This document shows positions 24,501 through 39,162 of a stretch of 64,000 nucleotides of DNA, piece by piece. Position 1 is the stretch's first letter. Each line of letters starts with the position of its first letter. The DNA is taken from NCBI GenBank assembly GCA_000934665.2, contig JYFJ02001491.1, positions 1-64,000 on the forward strand, read 5' to 3'. The notes under the pieces are model-generated. The model had not been told where the DNA came from and made no database searches. It was given only the letters and a program-made list of their open reading frames with translations. The position numbers and the translations under genes are program-made. The stretch is from Catajapyx aquilonaris. Taxonomy: Eukaryota.

Positions 24501-26709
24501 AGCAGCCGATAAAGGGAATGATCGACGCTGCAGCTGGAGCCAGGATGACAGTGGCGGAGGCTATTTCCAACCTCGTCTTTGCCAAAATATCCTCTCTCCA
24601 GGTATGATCTGCGCTCATAGTTGCGATTTCATGTATGCTAAACTCTGTATGATTCCAGCATGTGAAGTGCAGCGGAAACTGGATGTGGGCAGCCAAGCAG
24701 CCTGGAGAAGGTGCACAGTTGTACACCGCTTGTAAGGCCATGTGCGACTTCATGATGGAGCTGGGCGTTGCTGTAGACGGCGGAAAGGACTCACTGAGTA
24801 TGGCGGCTAAAGTCGAAGGGGAGACGGTCAAGTCTCCAGGCACCCTTGTTGTGTCATGCTATGCGCCTTGTCCGGATATCACCAAGGTGGTCACTCCGGA
24901 CTTGAAATGCCCTGGAGACGGACGGACGGGGAAGCTGGTCTATGTGGACTTGTCTGGCGGAAAGCGGAGACTTGGCGGCACTGCTCTTGCTCAGGTTAAC
25001 AATCGGCTTGGAGAAGAAGTCGCTGATGTCGAGGACCCACAGGCACTCAAGAAGGCCTTTGAGGTCACTCAGCAACTGATTGATGGTAAGGGCGGTAGTC
25101 ATCTTATTCTCACTGAAAATGCGTACTGTATTGCAATGCTTTTTATAGATGGGAAAATCCTGGCTGGACATGACGTGAGTGACGGAGGACTGATTACTTG
25201 CATCCTGGAAATGGCGTTTGGAGGCCACTGCGGATTCGTGGTTGACTTGAAAGTGGAGGAAGATCCGACCAAGACTTATCCCCTGAGCGTCATGACTATT
25301 CATAGTCTATTTGCCGAGGAAGTCGGCTGGGTTCTGGAAGTTGAAGAATCTGATGCTGATTACGTGGTGGAAGCTTTCAAGCTCGCAAATGTGCCCTCGT
25401 CTGTAATTGGAACTTCAACTGATTACGGACCTGACGCTATGGTGAGCTTGCTTTACTTTAATGTTAATGAGTGATCATTTTTTTAACAATGGCTTATCAA
25501 CGCCAGGTTCAAGTAACTGTGAATGGGACGACCTCAGTCCTTCGGGGCAAGATGCTGACATACTTGATGCTATGGGAAGACACAAGCTTCCATCTGGAGA
25601 AGCGACAGGCAAATGAAGAGTGCGTCAGTCAGGAAAATGAGTCCTTTGCCATTCGCACAGGACCTAAATACCACTACAGCTTCACGACTCAGATTCCTCG
25701 TCTGGTTGGAACCGGTGAGAGACACATTACGAGTTTCCAGAACAATGTGTGCTAATTCACGTGTAATTTCAGTTCCGAAGGTGGCTGTTGTGCGCGAGGA
25801 AGGCACAAACGGCGACAGAGAGATGGTAGCGGCATTGTACATGGCTGGCTTCGAAGTGTGGGATCTAACGATGCAGGACATACTGGACAGAAAGGTGACC
25901 ATAGACAAGTTCAGAGGTGTTGTCTTCCCAGGAGGCTTCAGTTATGCAGGTATGTAAGCTGCCGTCTTGTGTATTTTCATCCATTCATCGCTGTTTATAA
26001 TCCGGCAGACGTACTGGGTTCAGCAAAGGGTTGGGCCGCATCTATGACCTTCGACCCGAAAGTGAAAGCCCAGTTCGACGCTTTCCGCCAACGACGCGAC
26101 ACATTCAGTCTTGGAGTATGCAACGGCTGCCAGTTGATGGGCCTTTTGGGTTGGGTCGGAGCTAAGAACTCCACCAAGAAGAGCAGCGCTCCTGATGTAT
26201 TCCTCGACCACAACAAATCCGAACGATTCGAGTCACGCTTCAGCACCGTCCGCATCGAGAAGAACATCTCTATCATGCTTAAGGATATGGAGGGCGCGGT
26301 CCTTGGCGTTTGGGTTGCGCACGGGGAAGGAAGGTTCGTGTTCCAGGATGGCGTCTACCAGGATCTGGAAGGAAATGACTGCTTGGCCGTCAAATATGTG
26401 GATGACAATGGGGCACCGACGGAGAAGTATCCAATGAATCCGAACGGAACTAAAGGTTGGTATCCAAATATGGTTGCGATGTGTAAGGTAGCAAGTGTCG
26501 AGTAAAAAACAATGTGACTAATTACCTCAGGTGGCGTGGCTGGCATCTGCTCGGCTGACGGCCGCCACTTGGCCATGATGCCTCATCCCGAGCGGTGTGT
26601 GTTGCCGTGGCAGTGGCCATGGATGCCACTCGGCTGGAAGAATCTCGAAGTGTCGCCATGGCTCCGAATGTTCCAGAACGCATACAACTGGTGCATCCTC
26701 GGACAATAG
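21513..26709 (+). CDS. PFAS: Phosphoribosylformylglycinamidine synthase (FGAM synthase, large PurL type), about 1331 aa, 17 exons
   Basis: Exons 21513-21778, 21845-21992, 22049-22199, 22292-22428, 22482-22591, 22650-22790, 22879-22991, 23055-23315, 23377-23607, 23670-23893, 24119-24601, 24659-25085, 25149-25441, 25507-25714, 25773-25949, 26009-26455, 26531-26709 (3996 nt). Motifs EIGPRLNFST, DLAQSNSEHSRHWFF, AETHNFPTG, IHDQGAGGN and DGGKDSLSM, plus glutaminase motifs GVCNGCQL and MPHPER. Confidence 0.98.
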
Positions 26710-29700
26710 GACATCTTAACTAAGAAGACAAAACAAGGGATCAAACATCAAAAAAATAAACCACTCATTATGTCCTATTGCTTTTAATTTTATTACTTTT
26801 TTTATATATCTTTTTTTTTTTTCATGTAATGCTTGCCACCTTCCTCTTTACAAGTTCAGGGGGGAAAAAATTCACAACAATGACACTCAAAAGTACCTTG
26901 GTGCACACTTAACACACACAAAGATTTGTATAAAAATGCTGGCAGAAGGTTTTTTTTGCATGGTTCTTTTAACTTACAAAATTGGTGCATTTTTAGTAAA
27001 GCACTAGTCTTAACACTACAGAACACTTGAAAAGTTATCGTAGCCTTTGAAAACAACAACAAAAATGGGGCTTAATTTTTTAATATTATGCATTTTAATT
27101 TTTCTAATCTAGACAGCAATAAAAGGGGGGGATCGACCAGCATTTTTCTCTCTCTTCTTCTCCATATTTATTTCAGGAAGGAAACCAGCTCATTTTTACG
27201 AGGATTATAAAATGACACGTTTGGTCCACAAACTACTTGACATCTGTAGCATATCAAAACAAATAACATGACAAAAAAAAAAACACAATGTTTGTTGCAA
27301 TTTCCAGTGACTTTTTTAAATATTATTCACCTGACATTGTTATGCACAATTATTATTTTTTTTTTTTCCGCAGTGTTCTGGGGGCTCGAAAGGTTGGGCA
27401 GGGATACGAGGGGGGGAGGGAAAAAAAGGCAGAGGAATGGGTCGAAGCTTAGTGAAATATCATACAAGTCTTTGGTAATTCCACTGACAAAAAAAATGCA
27501 CGCCTTTGCAGTGGGAGCTTTAAGTTGTGCAAAAAAAAACAAAAAAACAACGTGCACAGGACACACTTTTTTTTATGTACAGATTTTGCATCTTTGATTT
27601 TTTTTATTTATTTTAAATGTGGACGACAACTCAATTATTCTAAGTACATACATTATCTCCATGGCATTTCTCTCATTATTGTAACCTTTCTCATCTTGTC
27701 ACATCCCAAACTCTTGTGCCCCAAGCATACGCAAAAGCTTTCAAACCGGTGCAGCAAAGCTACAGTCGTAAAGGAGCAGCATATTTCGGATTTTCTCAGC
27801 CGATGTTGATTATAAGAAAAAGGGGTTTAAGTGCACATTTGTTAATAACGACAGTGTGATTCAGTCGTGCAAATCTTTTGCAGGTAAGTCACGTGTATGA
27901 GATGGAAAAAAAAAGTAACGTATTTATTTTTATGACTTCTGCTCTACCAAAAAAAATCATGCATCTGATTTATGCTCACTATTCATTTGATGTGGAGAGG
28001 AAAAAAGTCACTTCAGTTATTACTACCCTTTTTTTTTATTACTACAAATATTGGCATCATTTTTCCTACTCAGCATTACGACTCGGGTTCTTAAATGAGA
28101 TCAGTACAGTTTTTCTCTTTCTTGAGCATCTTAAAAGGCCTAAGATACTTGTGGAGAGTACCATTATAACTCAACGTTTTTAGTTTTATAGCTCGCGTTT
28201 GGCAACTTGAATGGACATGTGGCAGCCAGACTTCGGAAGGGGGAAAAGAATTATCTCTGAGGAATTATTTGGTTTGAACCATCAGCAATCACCACACAGA
28301 ACTAACATTGAGTTATCCCCAGCCGAAGGATATCTGGCGGGGGAACTGTGGAAAATGGCAGTCACTAATTAAGCCATCAGTTTTCTGGGCAATTTGGCCT
28401 AATTGGATCAAGTGACCAACCTTGAATCACTTTTATTGACTTGACAATGGCATTTGATGTTTTTTTTTTTCCTTCCGTAATCAAGTTTCCCTCTAAATAA
28501 CCCGCCCCAACCTCAGATTCTGGTTTATGTTCATCATCGTCTCGTAAATTTTAGAGCAGTGAAATTTCCGGCAGCTATAAAAACATATTGCACCATCCAT
28601 GGAGAAGTGGCCGTCTTTGGTTCGTTCCCAAAGCATGTCAAAATCTGCCTCCTTTGTCTCCTGAGACTGAACAGTTTTCATGTACTGGCATACACTTCCA
28701 TTCATTATCTCACGTTTAAAAAAAAACACAGTTGCCTGCCACCATAGATTTGCATATAATGCTGTGAAGGCATCTGGCACTCCGACTAGGGTAATATTAT
28801 GTCATGCCAGAAAGAAGAAGAAAAAAAAAAACAATTAAAAATTTTACGTCACATCTAACTGGCAAAAATGTTGAGGCTTCACCTCGGCAGCTGATTCGAG
28901 CTTACCTCGACAAACATTGCTAGTGCAACACTAACTATTTAAAAAAAAAATCCTATTCCCATTCACAAAAAGTACACATTCACATCCTGTGCTACTTGAA
29001 TTATTCCTAGTGCACTGTTTAAAAAGTAAATTTTGACATCCAAGTATTATTGGGAGGGAGGGACAGGTGCATACGGATACTTGGCTTTTACTTCCTTCAC
29101 TCGTGCGCAGTCAATCACGCTTACGTAAAAGTCTGTCAGTGAAAACATGAGCTCACAAAACTCTTGCTTATTCGACTCTTTCTATTCCCTGCCCCTTTAC
29201 AAAAAAAAAAGCAAACCGCCCTCGAGAAAGAAAACCAGCCCTCTCTAGTGTCTTTTTTACATCGTATCTTACCCCTGGCCATAAAAGAAGAGCAACGTAA
29301 GCCTGCTGCAATTTGTGTGTGTTTGTGTGTGTGTGAGTGCCATGGAACTGGCACTTTTAATCCGCATTTTTACAACTAACAATAAACATAAAAATGTTCC
29401 GAGACCCATCCAAAGGTGACGCCCCCACACCGTCGATGTATTTTCCACTTTTCTCTCTTCGCCCCTTACACAGTAAGGGGCAGGCTCGCACATTATGGCA
29501 AGGAAAGTCCCCGTGCAAGAGCAGCGTAAGGCTAATATGGTACATGCATGCACACATAGGTCACAGCGTGGGTCATCCTAGTTGCTCCCGTAATGCATCT
29601 TGCAAGATCACAATTCACACTGCATATGTTGTGTAAGTACAAAGTAATTAGCCAATCAAAATTTCTTCAGACGCATTCATACCTGAGTTGGAGAAGCCTG

Positions 29701-29949
29701 GCACACATTACTACCGCCAGGATTCCCTAATCTGGTATGAAACGCATCTCGAAGCCAGCAAATGCACAGAGAATATCAACAATGCAGTGTACTTCAAAAA
29801 GGCTCACTTGTAAAATACACAGCCTGAGAGAGCTAGCTGCCTAACCACAGGAGCAACACTGATAGGACAATGCGTGTGTGGGGGGATGGATAAAACATGG
29901 GCAAATGACCATTACCCGTAAGTCGAGGGACCAAACCTCGAATGCATTT

Positions 29950-32900
29950 TTACACTGTGGTGGGTGGCTTGAGCTCTTTGGTTACGACGTAGAACCTGTG
30001 CTTCTTCCCAAAGAGCCCCCACACTACAGCCATGTTCTCGATGACCACGTTGAATGGGATGGTGGCCAGGGAACCCAGGATGCAACACATGAACCGGGGT
30101 ATGCCTAGCCTCAGCGGAGAGAATGACTTGAGCACCCCAAACACATACATGTAGAGTGTGACTGCTCCCACATAGGCGCAGAGGAAGTCAAACGCCAGGG
30201 AGGAAGGGAGCGGACAGATGGCTGCCAGGATGAGGTTGGAGGTGGACAAGGGAAGGGTTACCCATGAGTATAGCGAGATTATGAGGAATATCTTGTTCTT
30301 CAGGGGCACCACCGGCGAGTGGGCCACCAGGAATATGCCTTGCATCCAGCGCTTGCGTTGCTGGAGGAAGTCCCAAAAGGTGAAGGGGGACTTTTCCCAC
30401 ATCTCTCCCTCCACGAAGCCAAAGGAGAAGCCCTCCTTGTAGGCCATCATGGCAAAGAAGCAATCCTCCGCCACGGAGCTGTCCAGCCCATTGTCAAACG
30501 ACACCCTCCTTTCAGCTCCAACCTGCAAAAGAAGAAGGATCGATTCATTAAGCATTGAATGCCAATATTCTTTACAACCACCACCGCCTGGTGGGCAGAT
30601 AAGTACCTCTTTTAACACTTCATTTCCACAGAAATGATGGACTTGATTACGTCTTTAAAAGGCAACCACTGGTGCTCAATAAATCAATATATGGATTGCA
30701 GCAGGCATGCAGAAAATTATGCTATCTGATGATGACCCCTCACACACTTATCAATATGTGAGGAGTAAGTCAATTCATCACTTTAGCGTACAATGCAGGT
30801 CGGTCAGAATTGTTCACAGTATTGTTTATGAAACTTATGTGGAAGTCCAGTTGGGCTAAGTCAGGACTGATGACGAAGTGTACCATAAATGACTTATCCT
30901 AACTAGTCCGTGGCTCATTTAGACTAATTGCTAGGTAGTTGAAAAATTCCCAATATGGACTGCAATATTTATTATGCTACAAATTCAGTACCATTCTGTC
31001 ATAACCACCTAATGGCTAAAAACAAGCTCAATTGCCTTACAACAAAGCTGGATTGTTCTCTTTTCAAAAAAAAACCCTTACATGAAAGACAACACAAGCT
31101 GTTCCTGTTTACCCCACTCCAACTTCCGAGAAGGCAACATGTGTATTGGAAGTTCACTACACAAGCAAACACAGTGGAATTCCCTGTGACGTTTACAGTT
31201 TTTCTTAAAAGTACTCCAGACACCTTTTTTTAAAAAAAATTCTCTCCCTGAAACTGTGCCAGTAAGAAACAGGGTCAAGTGACTTTACAAGGGGATTTCA
31301 GAAGCTCTACTTTAGTCCCAACACATCCCTGCCAACTTCACACTTGTGCAATGATCAAGGCAAGCGGCACAGTAACAGTGAGTAAAAATAATGCAATTAC
31401 AAGGCACTGTACACGCAACGCATTTCTTCACATATGAGACAACACTCAACTGTTTGTTAGTGCCACATATTTATTCAAGCTCCTGCAAAAGATTAGCCCG
31501 AAAAATATTTTGGGGCTTCAATATTGGCACTGCTCTGATTCATTCAAAAAACCTTCCCACACACACAAAAACACATGCCAACAACTCTCCTCACACTCAC
31601 AGGATGATGGCGTCCTTGAAAATCGGCCGCCAATTGACTTTATGGCCGTAAAACATTCGGAATGTCCCGGCATCGGACGCACACATTTTTTTGCCCTCCC
31701 CTTTCAAGTCTCTCTACCAGGAAAAATGAAGTGTATAAATAGCGAATCGCCCTATGAGAAAAAGATACCGATTGGCAACAGCTGGATTCTTCATTGTCAT
31801 CTGGCAGGATGCACATCCTCCATTCATTCCGATGCCATTGCCAACAGATATGCAAATAAAAGCAACTGGAGGCTTCCTTTCCTAATGGGCGACCCCCATG
31901 CGAAATTATGCATACGGAGAGGAACCACACCATGCAATGCGAAGTGCTCCATTCCCCCCTCAGCTAATGTTCGGCCTTGCCTCTCCCCCCCTGGCACCCC
32001 TTCTGGACTATTAATTTAGCACTTCTTCTGGAAAGGTCCAGTTAAGGTTTTTGGCCCGCAATTGCGCCATTTCTATCAGCAAAAAAAAAGCGTTCTGGAA
32101 TTAATTTGACCGCCCTTGAAGCACTGATCGTGACCCCACATTTTTGCTTCATATTTGTTGGTGCTGAAGAAGAAGAAAAAAAAAGTGGACGGTAAACAAG
32201 AGTTATGTAACAGGCGCCCTGGTCTTTTTCCTAGGCTAAAATAAACGTGACCATGAGAATTCTACACGCCATCGGTAAACCGCCCCATATTGCCACAGTG
32301 CAAGTAACACACAATATCGCACCAAACAGTGCAAGAAATATTGTCATGGTATGTTAACTATGGTATGGCAGGGTATGGCTGCACTCCCAAATATTTCGCA
32401 TATCAGAAACTGCTCATCTGCCAGACCCATTTTTAACCTAGGAATGCACCGAGTCATATCGGATTCAAGTTACACATGCTGCATGCACGTGTGTGAGGTT
32501 TAAAAGGCAACGCCCCCTTTACCTTTCAATACGATCAGTGTCACTTGAATAAAAATATGGCTATCATCACCTAGCACCTGGCATTTGCGTGTCCCATGCC
32601 CACACCATAGATTTATATTTTATCACTAGAGCAGTGTTATGCCAATAATCTGATGAAAAGAGGTGGGGGGGTGACTCTATGGGGGGGGGGGGTAACTGGA
32701 TCAATATGCCCTCCCCATACCCCGCATCTAACCTCATTTTTACTACTGCAGCGTGCATGTACCCTAAATGACCGTCCAGTGCACCTAATCGATCAAGTCC
32801 CATGGAGAACTGCAAACAAATCCATAATGGTATCCCTCTCACGTCACACTCTACGGTTACTGTAACTCCGGCTCAACATGTAATCATTATTATTGGGGAA

Positions 32901-35900
32901 GGCTGACGGTCATGACTGTAATAATCCACTGCATTTGAAGTATTGTAATATTCCACGATTCGTTTACATCTCATATACACAGATCTATATAATTCAAATT
33001 TGCTGTATAATGTGCTGAAATAATTAAACTTCATATTATTAAAAAAAATACGACCAATAAAATGTCATGCTTTGGTCCAAAAAAAAAATGAGTTCAACAC
33101 AAAAGGTAGTTCCAACCCAGTAAATAAGACACCATTACACACAAATGAAGTTCATTTCATGGCCACACACCAAATTCAATCAATGAAATAAACTAAAAAA
33201 ACATGGCATGACAATATACTATGAAATTTTCAAGCCCAAGCTCAGGCAATGGAAAAAAAAATCCAATTCACAATTAAGCCAGATTTTCTCCTAATTTTCA
33301 GCCGATCAGTACATGACGAAAGAGTGGATTAATGTACACAATTTGCAGCCACTGCAAGGCCCACATGTGGCCATCGGGGTAAATCCCCGCATAATCTTCT
33401 CGGAAAAAACTCATGCGGTCATTTTAACTCAAGGGCATCAAGGCCAGGGGGGGAAAAAAGATGTCCGGTGTCCCACATGTTTCAGTCGCATCACATTGAT
33501 CCGCAGATTCCCTCAATTCATCAACGTTCATGCTTTTTTTTAAAAAAACGCCTATAAAACCGTTTATGCAAAAAAAAGAAGGCATGAATGCAGCGTGTAA
33601 TGGCAGAGGTTAACCAACTTTCAGCCAGGCGCATTCTGTGGGCATAGTCACCGTGACAACGTTTGCGGCATTGCCCGCTATTTACCATCCACCACCATTT
33701 ATTATTTTTTTTAAAAGGCAATTAATTTTTCCAATCCCCATTTTGGCATTCAATCCATCCGGAATGTCGAGCAGACAAGCTCAGGAGCCGCATTTTGCAC
33801 TTTATATGAACTCCTCACCATTCCAAATGAGGTCGCATCCAATTTCCATGTTATTTAAAAAAAATGAACGTGGGAAAAATATGTGGGCACACCCATGACC
33901 ACCTACAAGCACCCCCCGTCACGCCATCGCCATCGACTCTAATTGCTATTACTTCAATCTATATTTAAAAAAACACCTGCATTGCAGCCCTTTTGCCATT
34001 CAAAAAAAAAACATTTACGACCCTGGCATTTGTCAAAACCGTCAATTCAAGCCGTCAATTTGTCTTTGACCAGAACGGTGCCCTCCATCGATTGTGTTGT
34101 CAGGGTCTTCCAAACGATGACTGTTACGCAATCCCTTGGTGACACTCTTAATGTCGCGATGTCACATTACTCGCTCACAACCCCCGGTTGTGGTCCGCGC
34201 TATCATTGTAGGAAAATCAGGCCGTTTGCTTACTGTGAGATAGCATCGCTACCGGGTACGGAGTGCGAATTTTATGGACATGTCACCAGATATACACGTC
34301 ACACTGAAGCGGATGTGACAGACCGTGACGGCTTTGCTCATCATTTTAAAAGTCGTATTGAAACAATAGCAATCGACCAATTTTTTTTTTCAAGGTGTAT
34401 GTTCAGGAGGTGACACTTTACCCTGAAATTGGACACCTGTGACATCCGGACTTGACTTCCTCAAAATATCGACAAGGAAACGGTTTCAATCTGCTAAAAC
34501 CAGATAGTTCCGATTGACGAAATCCGGAAACCTCGTGAGCGTCACTCCACAGTGACTTCACCCTCACTTTGGATGAATGATAAGAACCTCTTTTTCCTTC
34601 TCGGTACGCCACACTCAGCAGCATCACGAGTGTGTGTCATATCCCGGCATCGGTTTTCACGTCCAGAGAGTTGAACGCTCAGGAAATACTCCGAAACCTT
34701 GAACCAGATCGAAGTTCATGACGCACCGTATATATATAAAAAAGTGAGCATACAAAATTGTGACTCGCGTGTGTCCAACCTATCAACCCAAATATTGGGA
34801 ATCGATTGGACAACCTTGTATGACCCCATTTTAAAGAGACCTACAACTTCCTCCATGTCATAATAGTGTGACAAGAGGATGTTACGGACCTTGGACGCGG
34901 ATTATTTTAGGTGACAACCCCCTTTCGAGAGGGGGGGAGCTGCTGATGAAACTAAACGGTTGGTAATCAACATCCGCCAATAATTCTGCCCCCCCAGCCC
35001 ACATTCAATTGCGGCAGACATCAATCATACTGCATATGCTCGGGGTACTTTCAGGCAAGTCATAAACAGCTGAGAGGATTTCTTCGAAGAAAAAAAAACG
35101 AGTCACAAACATATGGCAAAAAAAAATGAAACTGACAAGACCTTCAACGTGGTCATGCACGGTAGACTCGGATAACAAAAGGCACTTGCCATGGTTGCTG
35201 CGTACTTTCGTACATTGTCCATGCGATGTCTTCGGGTGCGTGGGCAATGAAGGCCAGCTTAACACCCCCAGAAACACAAAAAAATGCCAACGTATATTGA
35301 TCCACCTGAAAAACCTGCTTCATTTACTGCCAGTTTTTTTTAAAAGGTATCCACAGACCGGATTCCCACTCAACCCCCGAAAAATTTACACTTCACCGGA
35401 ACCACTTGGAAGTCTGCCCAACACATTCCAACCCGATGTCTAGCCCGAGCAATTGCAAAGTTTTTCCAACACAAAATTTGTGAAGGTCTCAACTAGTATT
35501 TCCAACAATTTTTATCTTATCTTGAACATGTCTGTGGGAGTAAAGGTTAATTATCTTGGGGCGGATTATTACTCATGTATATGGGGCAGGACATATGTAC
35601 AGGAGGTCACCACGTTATGTCCATGATTCATTAGATCGCGACCTTTCGGATTAAATCTGTCTTCACTTTTTGATTCATTATACATTTCAGTTAAGTACTA
35701 ACAGTCACATTTACTAAAAGTAAAACGCGTCCTACAACCAATTGTACCGCACCTGCTACCTCCCCCCAACAATTGTGCCCCACAAGGTCACAATAAATAT
35801 TACAGTGCATTGTGCTCATCAATGCATGAGCTAATCAATGTTACAGGACACCTGCTGTTACTGAAAAGCCTACCAGCAACCCTGATCGATAGGTGGCGAA

Positions 35901-38900
35901 GGCATTGTGGAAGTAAATCGGAGAGGTCTGCAGTTGGGGGGGAGAGGGGAAAAAAATGAAAGGGGGGTATATATAAATAATTCAAAGTTTGGCGAGAGGT
36001 CATTTGCCAAGGAATTCCTTCTCATGTTTTATGAAGCAGGTGGCGAGATCTACGCTTCTGCCCCAGAACTGGTGGCCCCTAGTGTCAATATTTGGTCTGC
36101 TTTTTTGCCTTTGACATATATACACTGGGGACACCCACAAGGTTACCTGGGATTTAAAAAAAGCAACTGCTGATCAAGCTAATTTATAAACATTGGATTT
36201 TTTCCCCCCCTCTTACAAAATACAGCAAACCAACGCACTGAATCATCTGCATGAAAATTACATAAAACAATGACGCAAATGTTCATTTATAAAAACCAGT
36301 CACATCCTAACCGTAATCCTGCTTCGGTACAACGCTTATCAACATATGTACGCCACAGGGCTGTGCCATATCGCAGTATATCCCTTGCTTCTATATCAAT
36401 TTGATAGAAGCGGTTCCCAACTATGAGGCAATAATAGCCAGACTTGTCTCATTAGTCCTTCACGCCATGGAAGCCACAGAAGTGACATTTATGAAGTGTC
36501 ATTCACATTTTTGTCGATGCCCCTGTCCGGATATTAGGGGGACAGATGAATGCGGCTCCACCCATCCTGAACTGTGAAGGTCTTTCACCCTGATGTTTAC
36601 CATCAGGTGAAAACTGCAATATTCACTGGCATGAACGGTACATGTTGAAAGCAATTGCGGCAAGGTTGTTATATATTCATAATAAAGCCAAGAGTTAAAA
36701 GTGATTCATAAGAAGCTTCTTAGGGAGCGGGCGTGGTATTCCCCACTTCCCCAGTCACTTCCCTTCTTCCTCTTCACCTGCGCATGCATAAAATAATTAT
36801 CACAAGTGCCCTCCTGCTAATAGCGACAAGGCAGATTCGCTCAGCCCAAATTGCATTTGACTGAATCTGCCACGCCCTTAACTCCGTGAAAAAAAAAAAA
36901 AACGACGACAAGAGCTTCACTTTCAGGACTTCCCAGCCTCATGATAAATTCATGCCCGGCTGACTTGGCTCATGGCTTGCGCACACTAACCACAATTTTA
37001 TGTCTCCCTAATGTATACTGTTGCTTATGCCGACAGAGATGTTGGCACACTATTTCTGAGGTTGGACAGACACCGAAAAACCAGTGACTGAGCGGCAATG
37101 CTTGCATTGAGTCATTGCCTTCCATACCCAAAATAATGTGCACGAGCCTTGTAAGGGTTGCCAGAAAGTAGTGCACACCTGGCATACATTTGGGGCAAGC
37201 AAAACAAACGACGCTGCACTATTGCATTTCAACTAGTAACTGTAATGTTACGCAGTATTACGGACGCTTTGAAATAACATTCACACCCAAATACATATTT
37301 GAAATTATGTATACACAGCCAATCATATGCGCTTTTAATAGCTTTGCTCATAAGCCATAAATAGCCAAGCAAACAAACTATAACCATGGATTATTCCGAC
37401 CTCAATTCCGACAAAAATGTGGGCCAGTACTAAATTCTGTGGATCCTTTCAGACCGCATATCTCACAATGTGGTCACAGTATCTCCTACCCTGACCTCCA
37501 CCCCTACTATGCAACGCCCATCCATCCACCCATATCCTTTCCCCCTATCTAATAATATTACAAACTGTATGATAGCAGAGGGCAGCTGATACAGTACGTT
37601 GTCTGCAGTTGTCATGACAATCATGTGATATACCATCTCATGAGCTGTGATCATGGCATATTGAGGACCCAAACGCAACACTTATTATAACATGAAAAAT
37701 AACTAAGTAATACAAAATGCAAGTAGTAATTATGTGTGTGCCAACCTGAGTGACGACGTAGGATCCTTTCCAGCTGAACATTGGCTTGTGGAACATGCTG
37801 AACTGGAACCTAAGCTTTCCCATGTCATCAGCAACTCGGAAACTGTCGGCCAGAGTGGTCACCCAGTTGACCACTTGTTCGTTGGCGTAGGTGATCAGCC
37901 CTTGCCCGAACTGATGCTTCCCTTCAAACACAAAGTTAAGCACCCCGCGTATGGCATTGTCGGTCAGCAGAGTCTCTTCATCCAAGTGCACTACCCAGTC
38001 TGTGTCCTGGAGCACATTCACATCCTTCTCCAGACAATATTGGAGTGCCCTTGCTTTGAACAAAGCCCCACTCTTTGTCGCGTACACTGATGGCACCACC
38101 ACTTCGCGGATTCGGGGGTGCTTCGGCAGGTTCACTGCCTTGTCACTAACCACCTCTATCATAAAGTTCTCCAGTCCCACGTCCAAACATGTATTCATGT
38201 TGCGAGTCACATTGCTCCTAACTAGTTCTGGGTAGTCCCCCCGTGTCACTATTCGAATGCACAAGAAGGGTGCCAGGAGTGGGGAGCCCTTCAGCTGAAC
38301 CTTGTCTGGGAATGCGTTGTACAGAGTAAGTCCCAGAAAGTTGAACACCACCTGTGGAAAAAAAAAAATCCTTCATCTTAGCCTTGTGTGCAAATGATTG
38401 TTTAATAACAGACTAAATCAAGTCGCTTGCAGGTTGAGAGTGCAATATAAGTTTGGCCTCTTTTCATATTTGCACAATTTATGACATGTTGCTCAATTCC
38501 TGGGATAAGTAAAGTGCAGAACTGAAACTGCGCACTGAAGTTCTCCTAATAGTCAACATCAATGACGGAAATACTGATACGCTTCGTATTTATATCGCAA
38601 ACCTGTACCTGCAACAGTACGCTCAAAATATTCAGCAATCTGACCTTGCTTGCTCTCTGTGCCATACTTGTTTTCCAAATTTCCATACAAAACAATCCAG
38701 GAATGACTGCAATCTATACAACATCTGAACTTGAGCACATTGCATGTCTATATGCACCTGGCATTAACAAGCAGACAATGATTTGGACTTGATACCATCA
38801 ATAACAATCCGAAATCAAGCTCCTATTACCTCGTCACATGTACTGGTACAGGACTTAACTGCAATTATCCTGAATAGGCAAGCTTTCAAGTCACAGCAAG

Positions 38901-39162
38901 TACTTCGACACATGCACAAAATGAATCGACTAACCTGCGGCAGAGCAAGTAAGGTGAGTAGACGTAGCAGGTAAAGCACACTGGTCCCAACGTAGCCGTA
39001 TTCCTTCCATGGGTCAATCTGGTCCCGCTTGTCTGGGCCCACATGGATGGCACCCGTGCATACTTCAAATGTGGTGATCACAGTCAGCAGAAGGCAGCAG
39101 TGGAGCACATGCTTGCTCCTGCTGCTAAGTGATGGCAGCTTCAAAGCATGTATCCACATCAT
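29950..39162 (-). CDS. egh: Beta-1,4-mannosyltransferase egghead (GT2 family, glycosphingolipid synthesis), about 468 aa, 3 coding exons
   Basis: Exons 39162-38935, 38351-37746, 30522-29950 (1407 nt, phase-0 introns). Motifs GALFKARALQY, VHLDEETLLT, SWKGSYVVTQ, SVAEDCFF and QQRKRW. Confidence 0.95.

Noticed and set aside
25086..25148. Apparent 21-aa insertion in PFAS in the ORF track
   Set aside because: It is a 63-nt GT-AG intron that happens to be in frame and stop-free.
26755..26794. Convergent AATAAA signals suggesting overlapping PFAS and egh 3' ends
   Set aside because: Earlier minus-strand AATAAA sites exist (e.g. near 28432, 28035, 27602), so the egh end cannot be placed from sequence alone.
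30848..30904. Hairpin containing CTGATGA (hammerhead-like); also minus-strand CTGATGA..GAAA near 10635-10660
   Set aside because: Stem II/GAAA and NUH cleavage geometry cannot be formed. More likely a MITE remnant or chance.
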